Notes under the pieces: model-generated | The model's input: the letters and a program-made list of their open reading frames with translations, nothing else | Told to the model about the DNA's origin: nothing | Databases searched by the model: none | Shown: positions 21,578 to 32,554 of the stretch, piece after piece | How positions within the stretch are numbered: position 1 is the first letter of the stretch | How the letters are laid out: each line of letters opens with the position of its first letter | Origin: Escherichia coli | Lineage (GTDB): Bacteria; Pseudomonadota; Gammaproteobacteria; Enterobacterales; Enterobacteriaceae | Direction: 5' to 3' (one strand) | NCBI RefSeq assembly: GCF_013122565.1 | Contig: NZ_CP053258.1 | DNA length: 64,000 nucleotides | Position numbers and translations under genes: made by a program

Positions 21578-23052
21578 CCCAGCATCGAGCCGGTTGCAAT
21601 TAAATTACGGTGTAAGTCGAAGACGTGGCTAAGATCGTGGTGAATATGTCCGCCAGGCGCATTTTCCAGATAGCGATGCAGATAATCCCGATACATAGGA
21701 TGTGCACAATTATCAATGATCGTGCGGGCGCGTTGAAGCGGGGAAAGACCGCGCAGATCGGCGATCCCTTGTTCGGTGATGATCACTTTGACGCTGTGTT
21801 CGCTGTGATCAACATGGCTGCACATTGGCACGACGGTTGAGATCTTGCCTTCTTTAGCAATCGACGGGGCCATAAAGATCGACAGATACGCGTTGCGTTC
21901 AAAATCACCGCTGCCGCCGATGCCGTTCATCAGATCGACCCCGGCTACGTGCGTTGAGTTGGCATGCCCGTAAATATCAAACTCCAGGCCGACGTTCAGA
22001 GCGATGACGCCCAGACGACGGATGATTTCCGGGTTATTGGAAATCTCCTGCGGACGCAACACAATGCGGCTGGCAAAGTAATCCATATTGTCGTAAATCT
22101 TGCGCAGGGAATCGGCCGAGATTGTCAGGCTGGAGGCGCTGGCCCCGCTGATTTTGCCGGTTTCCAGTAAATGCACCACCGATTCCTGTAGCACTTCCGA
22201 ATACATCATAAACGGAGGAATTTCCGGGTTTTCCCCCAGACGCGCCATTACCGCATTATTGATATTGCCCACGCCACTTTGCAGCGGCAGAAATTCCGGC
22301 GGAATACGCCCATGCGCCATTTCCTGCAATAAGAACGTGACCACGTTATCGGCAATCTGCTGGCACATGGGATTTTGCTTATCCAGCATATTACCGGCGT
22401 CGGGCAAGTTGGTTTCCACGACGGCGACAATCTTTTTCGGATCGATTTGCACATAGCGGGTACCGACGCGATCCATTGCATGGAAGATCGACACGCTATT
22501 GCGCCGCGGTGGCGCGCCAGGAATCACAATATCCGCCAGTTCTGCAACGCGCGGATCGTGATAGTGATTGAGTTCAATGATCACTTTCTTCGCTCGCAGC
22601 AGCCAGGTCGGCGCATTACCGATCCCGCTGGTTAACCAGACTCGACCATCTGGTGCCAGTGCCGATGCTTCAATGACGGCAACATCAATGTCGCCGAAGA
22701 AACCGTAATTGACCATTTGCGCCACTTCGCTCAAATGCAGGTCAACGAAACTCACCGCGCCCTGATTGATCTTTTTACGTAAACCGGACGATGTTTGATA
22801 TGGCGCACGCCAGGAAACAGCATCGGCGTCAGAAAGTACATCGTCAGCGGCGGCGCTGATTGACGCCCCCGTCAGCAGGCGAATTTGATACGGCTTTTTG
22901 GCCTCATGCTGTTCGTTAGCTCTGCGGGCAATCGCGGTCGGTAGGGCTTTCGGCGAACCCGCTGGGGTAAAGCCGCTAAATGCCACCATGTCGTTATGCT
23001 GGATAATTTCTGCCGCTTCATCGGCGGTCATCCTTGTCCATTGAGTTTCCAT
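21574..23052 (-). CDS. scpC: propionyl-CoA:succinate CoA transferase
   Basis: 492 aa. Confidence 0.9.
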   Translation of the reverse strand: METQWTRMTADEAAEIIQHNDMVAFSGFTPAGSPKALPTAIARRANEQHEAKKPYQIRLLTGASISAAADDVLSDADAVSWRAPYQTSSGLRKKINQGAVSFVDLHLSEVAQMVNYGFFGDIDVAVIEASALAPDGRVWLTSGIGNAPTWLLRAKKVIIELNHYHDPRVAELADIVIPGAPPRRNSVSIFHAMDRVGTRYVQIDPKKIVAVVETNLPDAGNMLDKQNPMCQQIADNVVTFLLQEMAHGRIPPEFLPLQSGVGNINNAVMARLGENPEIPPFMMYSEVLQESVVHLLETGKISGASASSLTISADSLRKIYDNMDYFASRIVLRPQEISNNPEIIRRLGVIALNVGLEFDIYGHANSTHVAGVDLMNGIGGSGDFERNAYLSIFMAPSIAKEGKISTVVPMCSHVDHSEHSVKVIITEQGIADLRGLSPLQRARTIIDNCAHPMYRDYLHRYLENAPGGHIHHDLSHVFDLHRNLIATGSMLG

Positions 23053-23075
23053 TTTTACTCCTTCGTTCGCAGGGA

Positions 23076-23861
23076 TTAATGACCAACGAAATTAGGTTTA
23101 CGTTTTTCGAGGAAAGCGTTCATCCCTTCCTGGTAATCTTCGCTGTCATAAACCGCGCGGCGCATCCCCTGAATACGTTCAAATTCATCGGAGTTCATGG
23201 TGTGTGCTTCGCCCAGTACACGCAGCTCTTCTTTGATAACGGCAATGGCTAACGGCGCTTTCTCAGAGATGTGGTGCGCCATTTGTAAGGTGAAATCTTC
23301 CAGTTCTTCCACTTCCACAACATGGTTGAGGATGCCGACAGCCAGCGCGCGCTGGGCGGTGATTGGCGAAGCGGTAAAAATCAGCTCTTTGACAATGTGG
23401 AAGCCCGCGTCGCGGGTCAGGTTGTGAATGCCGACCAGGTTATACGGGACGCCGAGGTTTACAGGCGTCATTGAGAAGGTTGAGGTACTGGCGGCGATGA
23501 TCAGATCGGAACTCATGATCATTTCAAATGCGCCACCCCAAACACTACCTTCCACCATCGAAATGATCGGTTTCGGGAATTTTTGGATCATGCGGGTGAT
23601 TTGACGCAATGGATCATCATAGGAGAGCGGATCGCGACCGCCAGACGGCAGTTCGTGAATATCGTGACCTGCGGAGAAGACTTTGGATCCACTCGGCGCG
23701 CGCAAAATGATACAGCGAATTTCCGGCCGGTTGAGATCGCTTAACGCCTGCATAAGATCATCAATAAAGACTTTACTTAAGGCATTAAGTTTTCGGCCAT
23801 AGTTAAACTCAATGACCGCCACTTTGTTGATAGTGGCAACGTTCACATACTGATAAGACAT
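23076..23861 (-). CDS. scpB: methylmalonyl-CoA decarboxylase (crotonase fold)
   Basis: 261 aa from MSYQYVNVATINK. Confidence 0.9.
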   Translation of the reverse strand: MSYQYVNVATINKVAVIEFNYGRKLNALSKVFIDDLMQALSDLNRPEIRCIILRAPSGSKVFSAGHDIHELPSGGRDPLSYDDPLRQITRMIQKFPKPIISMVEGSVWGGAFEMIMSSDLIIAASTSTFSMTPVNLGVPYNLVGIHNLTRDAGFHIVKELIFTASPITAQRALAVGILNHVVEVEELEDFTLQMAHHISEKAPLAIAVIKEELRVLGEAHTMNSDEFERIQGMRRAVYDSEDYQEGMNAFLEKRKPNFVGH

Positions 23862-23871
23862 AAAAATTCCT

Positions 23872-24867
23872 TTAATCAAAATATTGCGTCTGGATAAATT
23901 CACTGAGCTGCCGCAGGCCGGTGCGCGGTGAGAGCGTATTGTTTTTGACCGCTAAAAGCGTCTGGCGGTAATAGCGATCGAAATCTTCATTCGCGAACAG
24001 GTGATTCAGTACTTCTTCTTCGGTCTGCTTACGCAGCCATTCCACCGATTGTTGTTGCCGCACTTGTTGTAAACGACCACTGGCAGTTAGCGCGGTTTTG
24101 AAGTCGATGATGGCGTGCCAGATCTCATCGATTCCACGTTTTTCCAGTGCGCTACAAGTCAGAACCCGTGGCTGCCATTCGTCGTATTTACGTCGCAGAA
24201 TATGCAGGGCACTCTCGTACATATGCCGGGCAATGGCGACATTGGTATGGTTATCGCCATCGTCTTTGTTGATAACGATCAGATCAGCCACTTCCATCAG
24301 CCCTTTTTTAATGCCCTGCAGATCATCGCCGCCACCGGCAATTTGCAACGAGATAAAACAGTCCACCATGCGGGCGACTTCCGTTTCCGACTGCCCGACG
24401 CCAACCGTTTCGACAATCACTACGTCATAACCCGCCGCTTCGCATAACAGCATTAATTCCCGCGCTCGCTGACTGGCACCGCCCAGATGACCGGAGGATG
24501 GTACCGGGCGAATAAACGCCGTCTCGGCACGCGCCAGGTCATTCATGCGGGTTTTATCCCCGAGAATGCTACCGCCAGTGACCGGACTGCTGGGATCGAC
24601 CGCAATAACCGCAACCTTTAATCCATCACGAATCAACAACATGCCAAAGGCTTCAAGAAAGGTACTTTTCCCCGCGCCGGGTGTGCCGGTAACGCCCAGT
24701 CGCAGGGCGTTACCGCAGTACGGCATAATGGCATCAAGCAGTTGCGTACTTAGCGCCTGATGACGCGGGTGACGGCTTTCCACCAGCGTCATGGCCTGGG
24801 CGAGTGTGGCACGCTCACCCTGACGTAAGCGGCGAATACTTTCTGCCAGCGTGGCTTCATTAATCAT
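23872..24867 (-). CDS. argK: MeaB/ArgK-type GTPase of methylmalonyl-CoA mutase
   Basis: 331 aa; P-loop GTPGAGKST. Confidence 0.9.
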   Translation of the reverse strand: MINEATLAESIRRLRQGERATLAQAMTLVESRHPRHQALSTQLLDAIMPYCGNALRLGVTGTPGAGKSTFLEAFGMLLIRDGLKVAVIAVDPSSPVTGGSILGDKTRMNDLARAETAFIRPVPSSGHLGGASQRARELMLLCEAAGYDVVIVETVGVGQSETEVARMVDCFISLQIAGGGDDLQGIKKGLMEVADLIVINKDDGDNHTNVAIARHMYESALHILRRKYDEWQPRVLTCSALEKRGIDEIWHAIIDFKTALTASGRLQQVRQQQSVEWLRKQTEEEVLNHLFANEDFDRYYRQTLLAVKNNTLSPRTGLRQLSEFIQTQYFD

Positions 24868-27004
24868 GATGCTGGCTTATCAGATTCAGTACGTCGCGCA
24901 CGCTGTCGAGCATAGGTGTACCTGGACCATAAATCGCCGCCACGCCGCGCTCTTGCAGGAAGGCGTAATCCTGCGGCGGAATGACGCCACCCGCGACCAC
25001 GCAGATATCTTCGCGTCCCCATTTTTTCAGCGCTTCGACCAGTTCCGGGATCAGCGTTTTATGACCGGCAGCCAGTGAGGATGCGCCCACTACGTGAACG
25101 TCGTTTTCTACGGCCAGGCGGGCGATCTCTTCAGGTGTAGAGAACATCGGGCTTAAATCTACGTCGAAACCGAGATCGGAATAGGCGCTGGCGATCACTT
25201 TCGCGCCGCGATCGTGCCCATCCTGGCCCATTTTAGCGATCAGAATGCGCGGGCGACGACCATTGTCGGCAAGGAACTGCTCCGTTTGCGCAACAATGGC
25301 ATCGAACTCGGAGGCCGATTTCTCAGACTGATGATAGCTTTGCGCAATCACGCCGGTAACACACTGGCTTGGCACCAGATAACGGTCGAAAGCGGCTTCC
25401 AGCGCATCGGAAATTTCACCCAGGGTGGCGCGAACGCGAGCGGCATTAACAGCGGCAGCCAGCAGGTTTTCGTTATGCTGTGCGGCGTGAGTCAGGGCGT
25501 TCAACGCGGCGGTTACGGCGGCATCATCACGGGTGGCGCGAATGCGTTCCAGCGAAGCAATTTGCTCGTTACGCACCATCACGTTGTCGATCTCAAGTAC
25601 ATCGGTTTCGTCTTCGTGATCCAGTTTGTACTTGTTGACACCAACGATGACACGCTTGCCCTGGTCGATCAGCGACTGTTCGCGCGCTGAGGCCTCTTCG
25701 ATCATTCGTTTTGGCAGACCTGCTTCGATCGCTTTCGCCATGCCACCGGCTTCGTCGATCTGTTGGATAATAGCTCTGGCTTGTTTGACGATTTGATCGG
25801 TCAGCGACTCAATGTAATAGGATCCGGCCAGTGGATCGACGGTGCGGCAGAGTTCTGATTCTTCCTGGATGATGATCTGGGTGTTGCGGGCAATGCGTGC
25901 TGAGAAATCGGTAGGCAAACCAAGCGCTTCGTCAAAGGCGTTGGTATGCAGTGACTGAGTACCGCCCAGCGTCGCAGCCAGTGCTTCAATGGTGGTGCGG
26001 ATAACGTTGTTATACGGATCCTGTTCAGTCAGGCTCCAGCCTGAGGTCTGGCAGTGGGTACGCAGCGCCAGTGATTTCGGATCCTGTGCGCCAAATCCAC
26101 TGACCGCTTCGCTCCATAAATAACGTGCCGCACGCAACATGGCGACGTTCATAAACAGATCCATGCCGATGCCGAAGAAGAACGACAGGCGAGGAGCGAA
26201 GTCATCAATTTTCAGTCCGGCAGAGATTGCTGCTTTGATGTACTCAATCCCATCGGCGAGCGTAAATGCTACCTGCTGCACGCAGTTGGCACCCGCTTCA
26301 CCCATGTGGTAACCGCTGATACTGATGGTATTAAATCGCGGCATGTTGCCGGAACACCAGGCGATGATGTCGGCGATAATGCGCATTGACGGTTTTGGCG
26401 GGTAAATATAGGTGTTGCGGCAAAGATACTCTTTGAGGATATCGTTCTGAATGGTGCCGGTCAGTTTATCAGGTGTAACACCTTGCTCTTCTGCGGCGAC
26501 GATATAAAACGCCAGTACTGGTAGCACTGCGCCATTCATGGTCATCGAAACCGACATTTTATCCAGCGGGATCTGGTCGAACAGGACTTTCATATCTTCC
26601 ACGGTGTCGATAGCGACGCCCGCTTTGCCTACGTCGCCCGCCACTCGTGGGTTATCGGAGTCGTAGCCTCGGTGGGTGGCAAGGTCAAACGCAACGGAAA
26701 GACCTTTTTGCCCGGCGGCCAGGTTACGGCGATAAAAAGCGTTGGACTCTTTTGCTGTCGAGAAACCAGCATACTGACGGATGGTCCACGGTTGGGCGGT
26801 ATACATAGTGGCACGCGGGCCACGAACGTAGGGCGGCAAACCAGGAAGGGTACCTGTCACCTCCAGATTATCGAGATCGGCTTCGGTATACAGCGGCTTG
26901 ATGGCGATCCCTTCCGCGGTTTGCTGAACCAGCGAGTCGACAGTTTTCTCCCGACGGCTCAATTCCTTGTTGGCAAGCTGTTGCCACTCCTGCACGTTAG
27001 ACAT
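24860..27004 (-). CDS. scpA: methylmalonyl-CoA mutase (sleeping beauty mutase)
   Basis: 714 aa from [15 protein letters not shown]. Confidence 0.9.
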   Translation of the reverse strand: MSNVQEWQQLANKELSRREKTVDSLVQQTAEGIAIKPLYTEADLDNLEVTGTLPGLPPYVRGPRATMYTAQPWTIRQYAGFSTAKESNAFYRRNLAAGQKGLSVAFDLATHRGYDSDNPRVAGDVGKAGVAIDTVEDMKVLFDQIPLDKMSVSMTMNGAVLPVLAFYIVAAEEQGVTPDKLTGTIQNDILKEYLCRNTYIYPPKPSMRIIADIIAWCSGNMPRFNTISISGYHMGEAGANCVQQVAFTLADGIEYIKAAISAGLKIDDFAPRLSFFFGIGMDLFMNVAMLRAARYLWSEAVSGFGAQDPKSLALRTHCQTSGWSLTEQDPYNNVIRTTIEALAATLGGTQSLHTNAFDEALGLPTDFSARIARNTQIIIQEESELCRTVDPLAGSYYIESLTDQIVKQARAIIQQIDEAGGMAKAIEAGLPKRMIEEASAREQSLIDQGKRVIVGVNKYKLDHEDETDVLEIDNVMVRNEQIASLERIRATRDDAAVTAALNALTHAAQHNENLLAAAVNAARVRATLGEISDALEAAFDRYLVPSQCVTGVIAQSYHQSEKSASEFDAIVAQTEQFLADNGRRPRILIAKMGQDGHDRGAKVIASAYSDLGFDVDLSPMFSTPEEIARLAVENDVHVVGASSLAAGHKTLIPELVEALKKWGREDICVVAGGVIPPQDYAFLQERGVAAIYGPGTPMLDSVRDVLNLISQHHD

Positions 27005-27207
27005 TATTTGCTCCGTAAAACGCAATCAAAATGAGGGTATTTGCGCCTACGGTGAGCTTTTTACGTGGGTTTGTCGCCAGCAAAAAAAATGCATTCAGAC
27101 GTCGTTTTTTGCCGCCTGAGATTTGTCTATTTTGTGATGTGATTCAAGGAATATAAAAAGAAGTGAGGATAACGCCTGATATGTGCTATCAGGCATTATT
27201 TGATGGA

Positions 27208-28101
27208 TTAATCCTGACGAAGGACTTTGTGACCATAATCGAGTAACGCATCAGTGACTTTACGCATCATGCGGCTTTCAGGAGCAAAGCGGTGCCAGTA
27301 GAGCATCCGTCGTTGAAATAGCCCAGGCGTTAAGTCAATCAGTTCGCCGCTGGCCAGCTCTTTCTCTATTTGCAGGTGCGGAATCATACAGCAGGTGGTG
27401 CCCTGGCGAGCAAGTTGCACGAACGCTTCTGAAGAATTAACGATATGGCAGGGTACGCTGCCAGGAGGCAGATCGAAGTTTTGCTGCAAAAAGGCCTGGT
27501 GCATATCGTCAAGATGGTCAAACGCGACCACTGGCGCTTTTAATAATGCCGAACGCGTTACGCCGTTAGGGAAATATTTTTCGGCAAACGGTTTTGAGCT
27601 GACGAACAGATAGTCGAGCGCACCAAGTTTATCGACAAGACAACTCGGCAGCGCCTGATGTTGAATACTCACCGCGCCGACCACTTCGCCGCGACGCAGA
27701 CGTTCCTGAGTGCGGGTTTCATCTTCTACCTGCAAGTTGAGGCGGATAGGCGAGTCAGCCAACACAGGAGCCAGTGCCGGAAGCAACCACGTCGCCAGAC
27801 TGTCGGCGTTGACCGCCAGTGAAAGCAGCAGCGGAGTCGAACCGGTTTGTTCATCACCCAGCCACTCTTCTTCCAGCAACTCCACCTGGCGCAGCAGTGC
27901 CAGCAGTTTTTGCCCTTGTTCCGTCGGGCGCGGCGGTACGGTACGCACCAACAGCGGCTGCCCGAACATATTTTCCAGTTGCTTAATGCGCTGTGAGACG
28001 GCTGATTGTGTAATGCACAGCTTTTGTGCCGCGCGCTCAAATCCTCGTTCACGTATCACCGCATCCAGTGCCTGTAATGTTCTGTAGTCCGGGCGTTTCA
28101 T
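27208..28101 (-). CDS. argP: LysR-family regulator ArgP/IciA
   Basis: 297 aa. Confidence 0.95.
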
Positions 28102-28170
28102 TGCTGTTGTCTGCTCCTGGTAAATGCTTTTTCCGCACTATGACACAATTTTGCGTTGGGTACAGAGCAT

Positions 28171-29496
28171 TTAACGCATACAAAAGCGGTCGTAATGGAA
28201 GTTTTGGCTGGCAATCCCATTTTCATATAACCCTTTGCTGAGCGCTTTGGCAAAACTCTGTGGGCCGCAAAACCAGAAATGGGTGTCACCTTTATTTGCT
28301 ATTTTATCAGCAAGATAGTGCGACTGTAGGCGCTCACCTTTATGCGCATCAAGCAGATGCAGTGTGACACTGGCCAGGGCACAAAGTGAGGTAAGTTTAT
28401 CAACATACCATGCATCCTCGCTTCGGCTGACGCAATACCAGAGATCCACAGGAACACGGGACGCGCCATGCTGGTTCAGATACTCAAGCTGGGCGATAAA
28501 GGGGGTAATGCCGATGCCTCCAGCTATCCATACCTGGCGGGAGCAAGGGAGAGTAAAATCAAACTTTCCCCATGGCCCTTCAACGATGGCGGACTGGCCG
28601 ATTTTTATCGAGGATGCAAGGGTAGAGGTATAATCCCCTAAATTTTTGATGGCAAAGCGCAACGTGTTCTTCTCTATTGCATATGAAGCGATAGTAAAAG
28701 GGTGAGATTCTTTACTGTGTGCGAACGTTAAGAATGCAAACTGACCCGGAGAATAGTCGATGGCATGTTCCAGCTCCAGTATGACTTCGGTAATTTGTCC
28801 CGGATGGTTAACAATACTTTTAATGGTGGCCTGATGCTTGTTTTTATTACCGTTTAATTTCAGCAGCGAAATGAAAGCCGCAAAGACGCCTGGGATGGTA
28901 ATTAAAATTAATAAATACGCCGCAGGAGTTTCCCACCAATATGATTTAAACAAAGCAGTAAACACATGAAAGGCAATTGCCAGATAAAAAACAGGGAACA
29001 AACGGTGAACAAGATGAAATAAATGATAGGGAACCTTTTTGCTTAGAGACACGAAAACCATCGCTATCATAATAAACATTGCACATTCACCCGCTAACAG
29101 TCCCGCATGAAGCCAATTTTCTTGTACTGGCGTCAGGTTAATATCAACGATTTTACCAGGGTGAGTAAGCCAGCAAAAGGCGACGAATAACTGGGGTAAT
29201 TTTTCATCCAGCCAGTGGGTGAAAGCAAAAGCTATGGCGCATATTCCTGCCCACTTATGTAATCGCCACGCTTTATCCAGACCGCCCAGCACTTTGTTAA
29301 ACCATGATGAACGCAGCGATAAACACATCGTCAGCGTCATCAGACACCACGCAAGGGTTCCCGTAAAAAAGAGTATGTTTTGTCGAAGGAACCATATTAG
29401 CGCGATTGGCTTTTCACGAAAAATATCACCGGACGACAAAAAAATAAGGCATGTGACAAAGCAAACCAATGTACCTGTAAGATTAGCTTTTTTCAT
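28171..29496 (-). CDS. ferric-reductase-like membrane flavocytochrome (TM domain plus FAD/NAD(P)-binding domain)
   Basis: 441 aa; N-terminal polytopic His-containing helices, C-terminal ferredoxin-reductase-like fold; AT-rich by eye. Confidence 0.6.
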   Translation of the reverse strand: MKKANLTGTLVCFVTCLIFLSSGDIFREKPIALIWFLRQNILFFTGTLAWCLMTLTMCLSLRSSWFNKVLGGLDKAWRLHKWAGICAIAFAFTHWLDEKLPQLFVAFCWLTHPGKIVDINLTPVQENWLHAGLLAGECAMFIMIAMVFVSLSKKVPYHLFHLVHRLFPVFYLAIAFHVFTALFKSYWWETPAAYLLILITIPGVFAAFISLLKLNGNKNKHQATIKSIVNHPGQITEVILELEHAIDYSPGQFAFLTFAHSKESHPFTIASYAIEKNTLRFAIKNLGDYTSTLASSIKIGQSAIVEGPWGKFDFTLPCSRQVWIAGGIGITPFIAQLEYLNQHGASRVPVDLWYCVSRSEDAWYVDKLTSLCALASVTLHLLDAHKGERLQSHYLADKIANKGDTHFWFCGPQSFAKALSKGLYENGIASQNFHYDRFCMR

Positions 29497-29557
29497 TTTT
29501 TATTTCATTTTGGCAGAGGAGCATAGAATAGTTCCATGCTCCCGTTAAACAGGGTGA

Positions 29558-29818
29558 TTATTTATAGAAAATTACAGTGGCGTGGATATAATTTTTACCG
29601 GAGAAAGAACTGATGTAGTAATTACTGGCTTGCAATTCTTCCGCTTTCTCTTTGATTTGACTTTCAACGCCCGCTGGATTGCTATTGTGTGTGGAAATAC
29701 TCACTTTTGATATCTGTTCAAGATTATTGTCCGGTTTTTGTATCTCGGTTGCTGCAAATACGTGTCCTGTGAGAGTGCAAAGAAATAACGCGGCAAATAA
29801 ATTTTGCTTAATAGACAT
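29558..29818 (-). CDS. DUF1471 (YdgH/BhsA/McbA-family) secreted small protein
   Basis: 86 aa with signal peptide MSIKQNLFAALFLCTLTGHVFA. Confidence 0.6.
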   Translation of the reverse strand: MSIKQNLFAALFLCTLTGHVFAATEIQKPDNNLEQISKVSISTHNSNPAGVESQIKEKAEELQASNYYISSFSGKNYIHATVIFYK

Positions 29819-29834
29819 AATAACTCCTTTTATA

Positions 29835-30464
29835 TTAAAGAAAATGATTAAATACTTGTGTAATAAGATCAGGGATTTGCGCTAATGCATTTTGCTCGGC
29901 GAGTTCGCGTCCCGGTTGGGTTTTGTCGACGCCTTCCGCACGTAAAATATGTGTATTGGTAATGCCCATTAATTTCAGCGTGGCTTGCAGGTAACTTTCC
30001 TGATGATCCAGCGCCAGATGTGCTTTATCGCAATAGATACCGCCGCGCGTCGAGACAATAAACGTCGGTTTATCCGTCAGTAACCCAACGGCACCAGCGG
30101 AAGTAAAACGAAACGTTAAACCAGCCTGACAGACCTGATCTATCCAGGTTTTGAGGCCAGATGAAACGCTGTGATTAATCATCGGCGCGCCAATAATGAG
30201 CACATCGCACGATGCCAGTTCTTCAATAGCGGCGTGAATCCCATTCACCTCCTGCTGAATTTGTGCGTTCTCGCACTCCGCTTTACCGCAAAGCGCCAGA
30301 AAGGTTTCTTCACGCAAATGGGGCGGCGGCGTCAGGCCGACGTCGCGATGAATAATTGTGGCTTGCGGAAAGTGTTGGCAAAGCGCTTCTACCAGCGCCT
30401 GGCTTAATTTCCGCGAACTTGAATGCTTAAGCATTGGGCTGCTGTCGATATGGAGAATTTTCAT
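29835..30464 (-). CDS. FMN-dependent NAD(P)H azoreductase/quinone reductase-like flavoprotein
   Basis: 209 aa; flavodoxin-like fold pattern MKILHIDSSP...LIIGAPM.N. Confidence 0.65.
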   Translation of the reverse strand: MKILHIDSSPMLKHSSSRKLSQALVEALCQHFPQATIIHRDVGLTPPPHLREETFLALCGKAECENAQIQQEVNGIHAAIEELASCDVLIIGAPMINHSVSSGLKTWIDQVCQAGLTFRFTSAGAVGLLTDKPTFIVSTRGGIYCDKAHLALDHQESYLQATLKLMGITNTHILRAEGVDKTQPGRELAEQNALAQIPDLITQVFNHFL

Positions 30465-30564
30465 GGGCTTGCTCTCGTTTCTGCGATGAGAGAAGTTTAA
30501 CTGTTGTTGATATGGTGATTAAATAGACATAATTGAACTTCATTGTTGTGAAAATAGAACAATC

Positions 30565-31461
30565 ATGATCGACTGGAATGATTACTACTACTTTGCCCTG
30601 ATTGCCGATGAAGGCAGCTACAGCCAGGCGGCGCTGCGTGCGGGCGTGTCGAAATCGGTATTAAGCCGACGAATGGCTGCGCTGGAGGAGCGCCTTGGCG
30701 TACGGCTTATTCAGCGAACTACGCGGCGTCTGGCCCTGACGGCGGAAGGCGAACAGTTTGCCGTCGAATGTCGGGCGCTGGTGGCGCAGGGGGAACGGGC
30801 CAGAGCGGTGGTGATGGCCGCCCAGGAAAGCCCACAGGGAATGCTGCGCGTCAGCGCACCGGTATTTATGGCTGAAACATGGTTTGGTGAGTTTGTCAGT
30901 GAGTTTATCGCCCGCTGGCCCCTGGCGAAGGTGCAACTGCTGGCAATTAATCGCCCGGTGGATATGGTCGCTGAAGGCATTGATATTGCGCTGGTTACGG
31001 CTTCCGGCGCGCTTGCGGACTCGACGCTGCATTATAAAAAATTACATACCCAGGCCGATATTTTAGTTGCCAGTTCGCAGTGGCTGGCCCGCCATCCGCA
31101 GGTGAAGGTCATTGACGATCTTAACCGCGTTGACGGGATCCTCCGCCTGACGAACAATGGCGGGAGCCAGTGGCAGTTAATTAATGGCGAACAGGAGATT
31201 ACGCTGCAACCCGAGGCTCGTTTGCAGACGAATAACATTCGCGTCATGTTGCAGGCAGTGCTTGGTGGGAATGGCGTGGCGTTATTGCCTCAATTTGCCT
31301 GTAAACAGGGGCTTGCGAACGGTGAATTGGTGCGCCTGTTTGCACCGTGGAGCGGCATACCCAGACCGTTGTATGCTTTATTTGCGGGGCGAAAGGGGAT
31401 GCCCGCCATTGCGCGATATTTTATGGATGAGTTATCTGTACGGCTTGCCAACGGGGTCTGA
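30565..31461 (+). CDS. LysR-family transcriptional regulator (divergent from the redox operon)
   Basis: 298 aa; likely intact counterpart of K-12 pseudogene yqfE (from memory). Confidence 0.7.
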   Translation: MIDWNDYYYFALIADEGSYSQAALRAGVSKSVLSRRMAALEERLGVRLIQRTTRRLALTAEGEQFAVECRALVAQGERARAVVMAAQESPQGMLRVSAPVFMAETWFGEFVSEFIARWPLAKVQLLAINRPVDMVAEGIDIALVTASGALADSTLHYKKLHTQADILVASSQWLARHPQVKVIDDLNRVDGILRLTNNGGSQWQLINGEQEITLQPEARLQTNNIRVMLQAVLGGNGVALLPQFACKQGLANGELVRLFAPWSGIPRPLYALFAGRKGMPAIARYFMDELSVRLANGV

Positions 31462-31476
31462 CTCGCTTTTTTTGTA

Positions 31477-31609
31477 TATACTCGTCATACTTCAAGTAGC
31501 ATGTGCTGCGTCTGCGTTCGCTCACCCCAGTCACTTACTTCTGTAAGCTCCTGGGGATTCACTCTCTTGTCGCCTTCCTGCAACTCGAATTATTTAGAGT
31601 ATAATGCGT
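31477..31609. repeat. ERIC/IRU element, inverted relative to 16612-16750
   Basis: reverse complement aligns nearly base-for-base with the pgk-fbaA copy. Confidence 0.8.
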
Positions 31610-31639
31610 CTGAAATTTCATACCACAGGCGAAACGATC

Positions 31640-32299
31640 ATGACGCAGGATGAATTGAAAAAAGCAGTAGGATGGGCGGCACTTCAATATGTTCAGCCCG
31701 GCACCATTGTTGGCGTAGGTACAGGTTCTACCGCCGCACACTTTATTGACGCGCTCGGCACGATGAAAGGCCAGATTGAAGGGGCGGTTTCCAGTTCGGA
31801 CGCTTCCACTGAAAAACTGAAAAGCCTCGGCATTCACGTTTTTGATCTCAATGAAGTAGACAGCCTTGGCATCTACGTCGACGGCGCAGATGAAATCAAT
31901 GGTCACATGCAGATGATCAAAGGCGGCGGCGCGGCGCTGACCCGTGAAAAAATCATTGCTTCGGTTGCAGAAAAATTTATCTGTATTGCAGACGCTTCCA
32001 AGCAGGTTGATATTCTGGGTAAATTCCCGCTGCCAGTAGAAGTTATCCCGATGGCACGTAGTGCAGTGGCGCGCCAGCTGGTGAAACTGGGCGGTCGTCC
32101 GGAATACCGTCAGGGCGTGGTGACCGATAATGGCAACGTGATCCTCGACGTCCACGGCATGGAAATCCTTGACCCGATAGCGATGGAAAACGCCATAAAT
32201 GCGATTCCTGGCGTGGTGACTGTTGGCTTGTTTGCTAACCGTGGCGCGGACGTTGCGCTGATTGGTACACCTGACGGTGTCAAAACCATTGTGAAATGA
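31640..32299 (+). CDS. rpiA: ribose-5-phosphate isomerase A
   Basis: 219 aa from [12 protein letters not shown]. Confidence 0.95.
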
Positions 32300-32554
32300 T
32301 CTGACGGGGGAACCTCCCCCGTTAAAAAAATTCTCTTCATTAAATTTGGTGACATGTGTCACGTTTTTACCTGGCTATTGTCGATTGCTCTAAATAAATC
32401 CTCTAAACCAGCATATTCATCCAAGAAATACCTTTGCGTGATATTTCCTCAACATCGCGACGCAAACGTTCATATTGCCGCAATATTATTTTTTGATATG
32501 TTGAAAGGCGGATGCAAATCCGCACACAACATTTCAAAAGACAGGATTGGGTAA

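Noticed and set aside
32301-32330. Hairpin acgggggaacctcccccgt after rpiA as an intrinsic terminator
   Set aside because: It is followed by an A-run rather than a U-run on the rpiA strand, so it cannot be called a canonical terminator from sequence.
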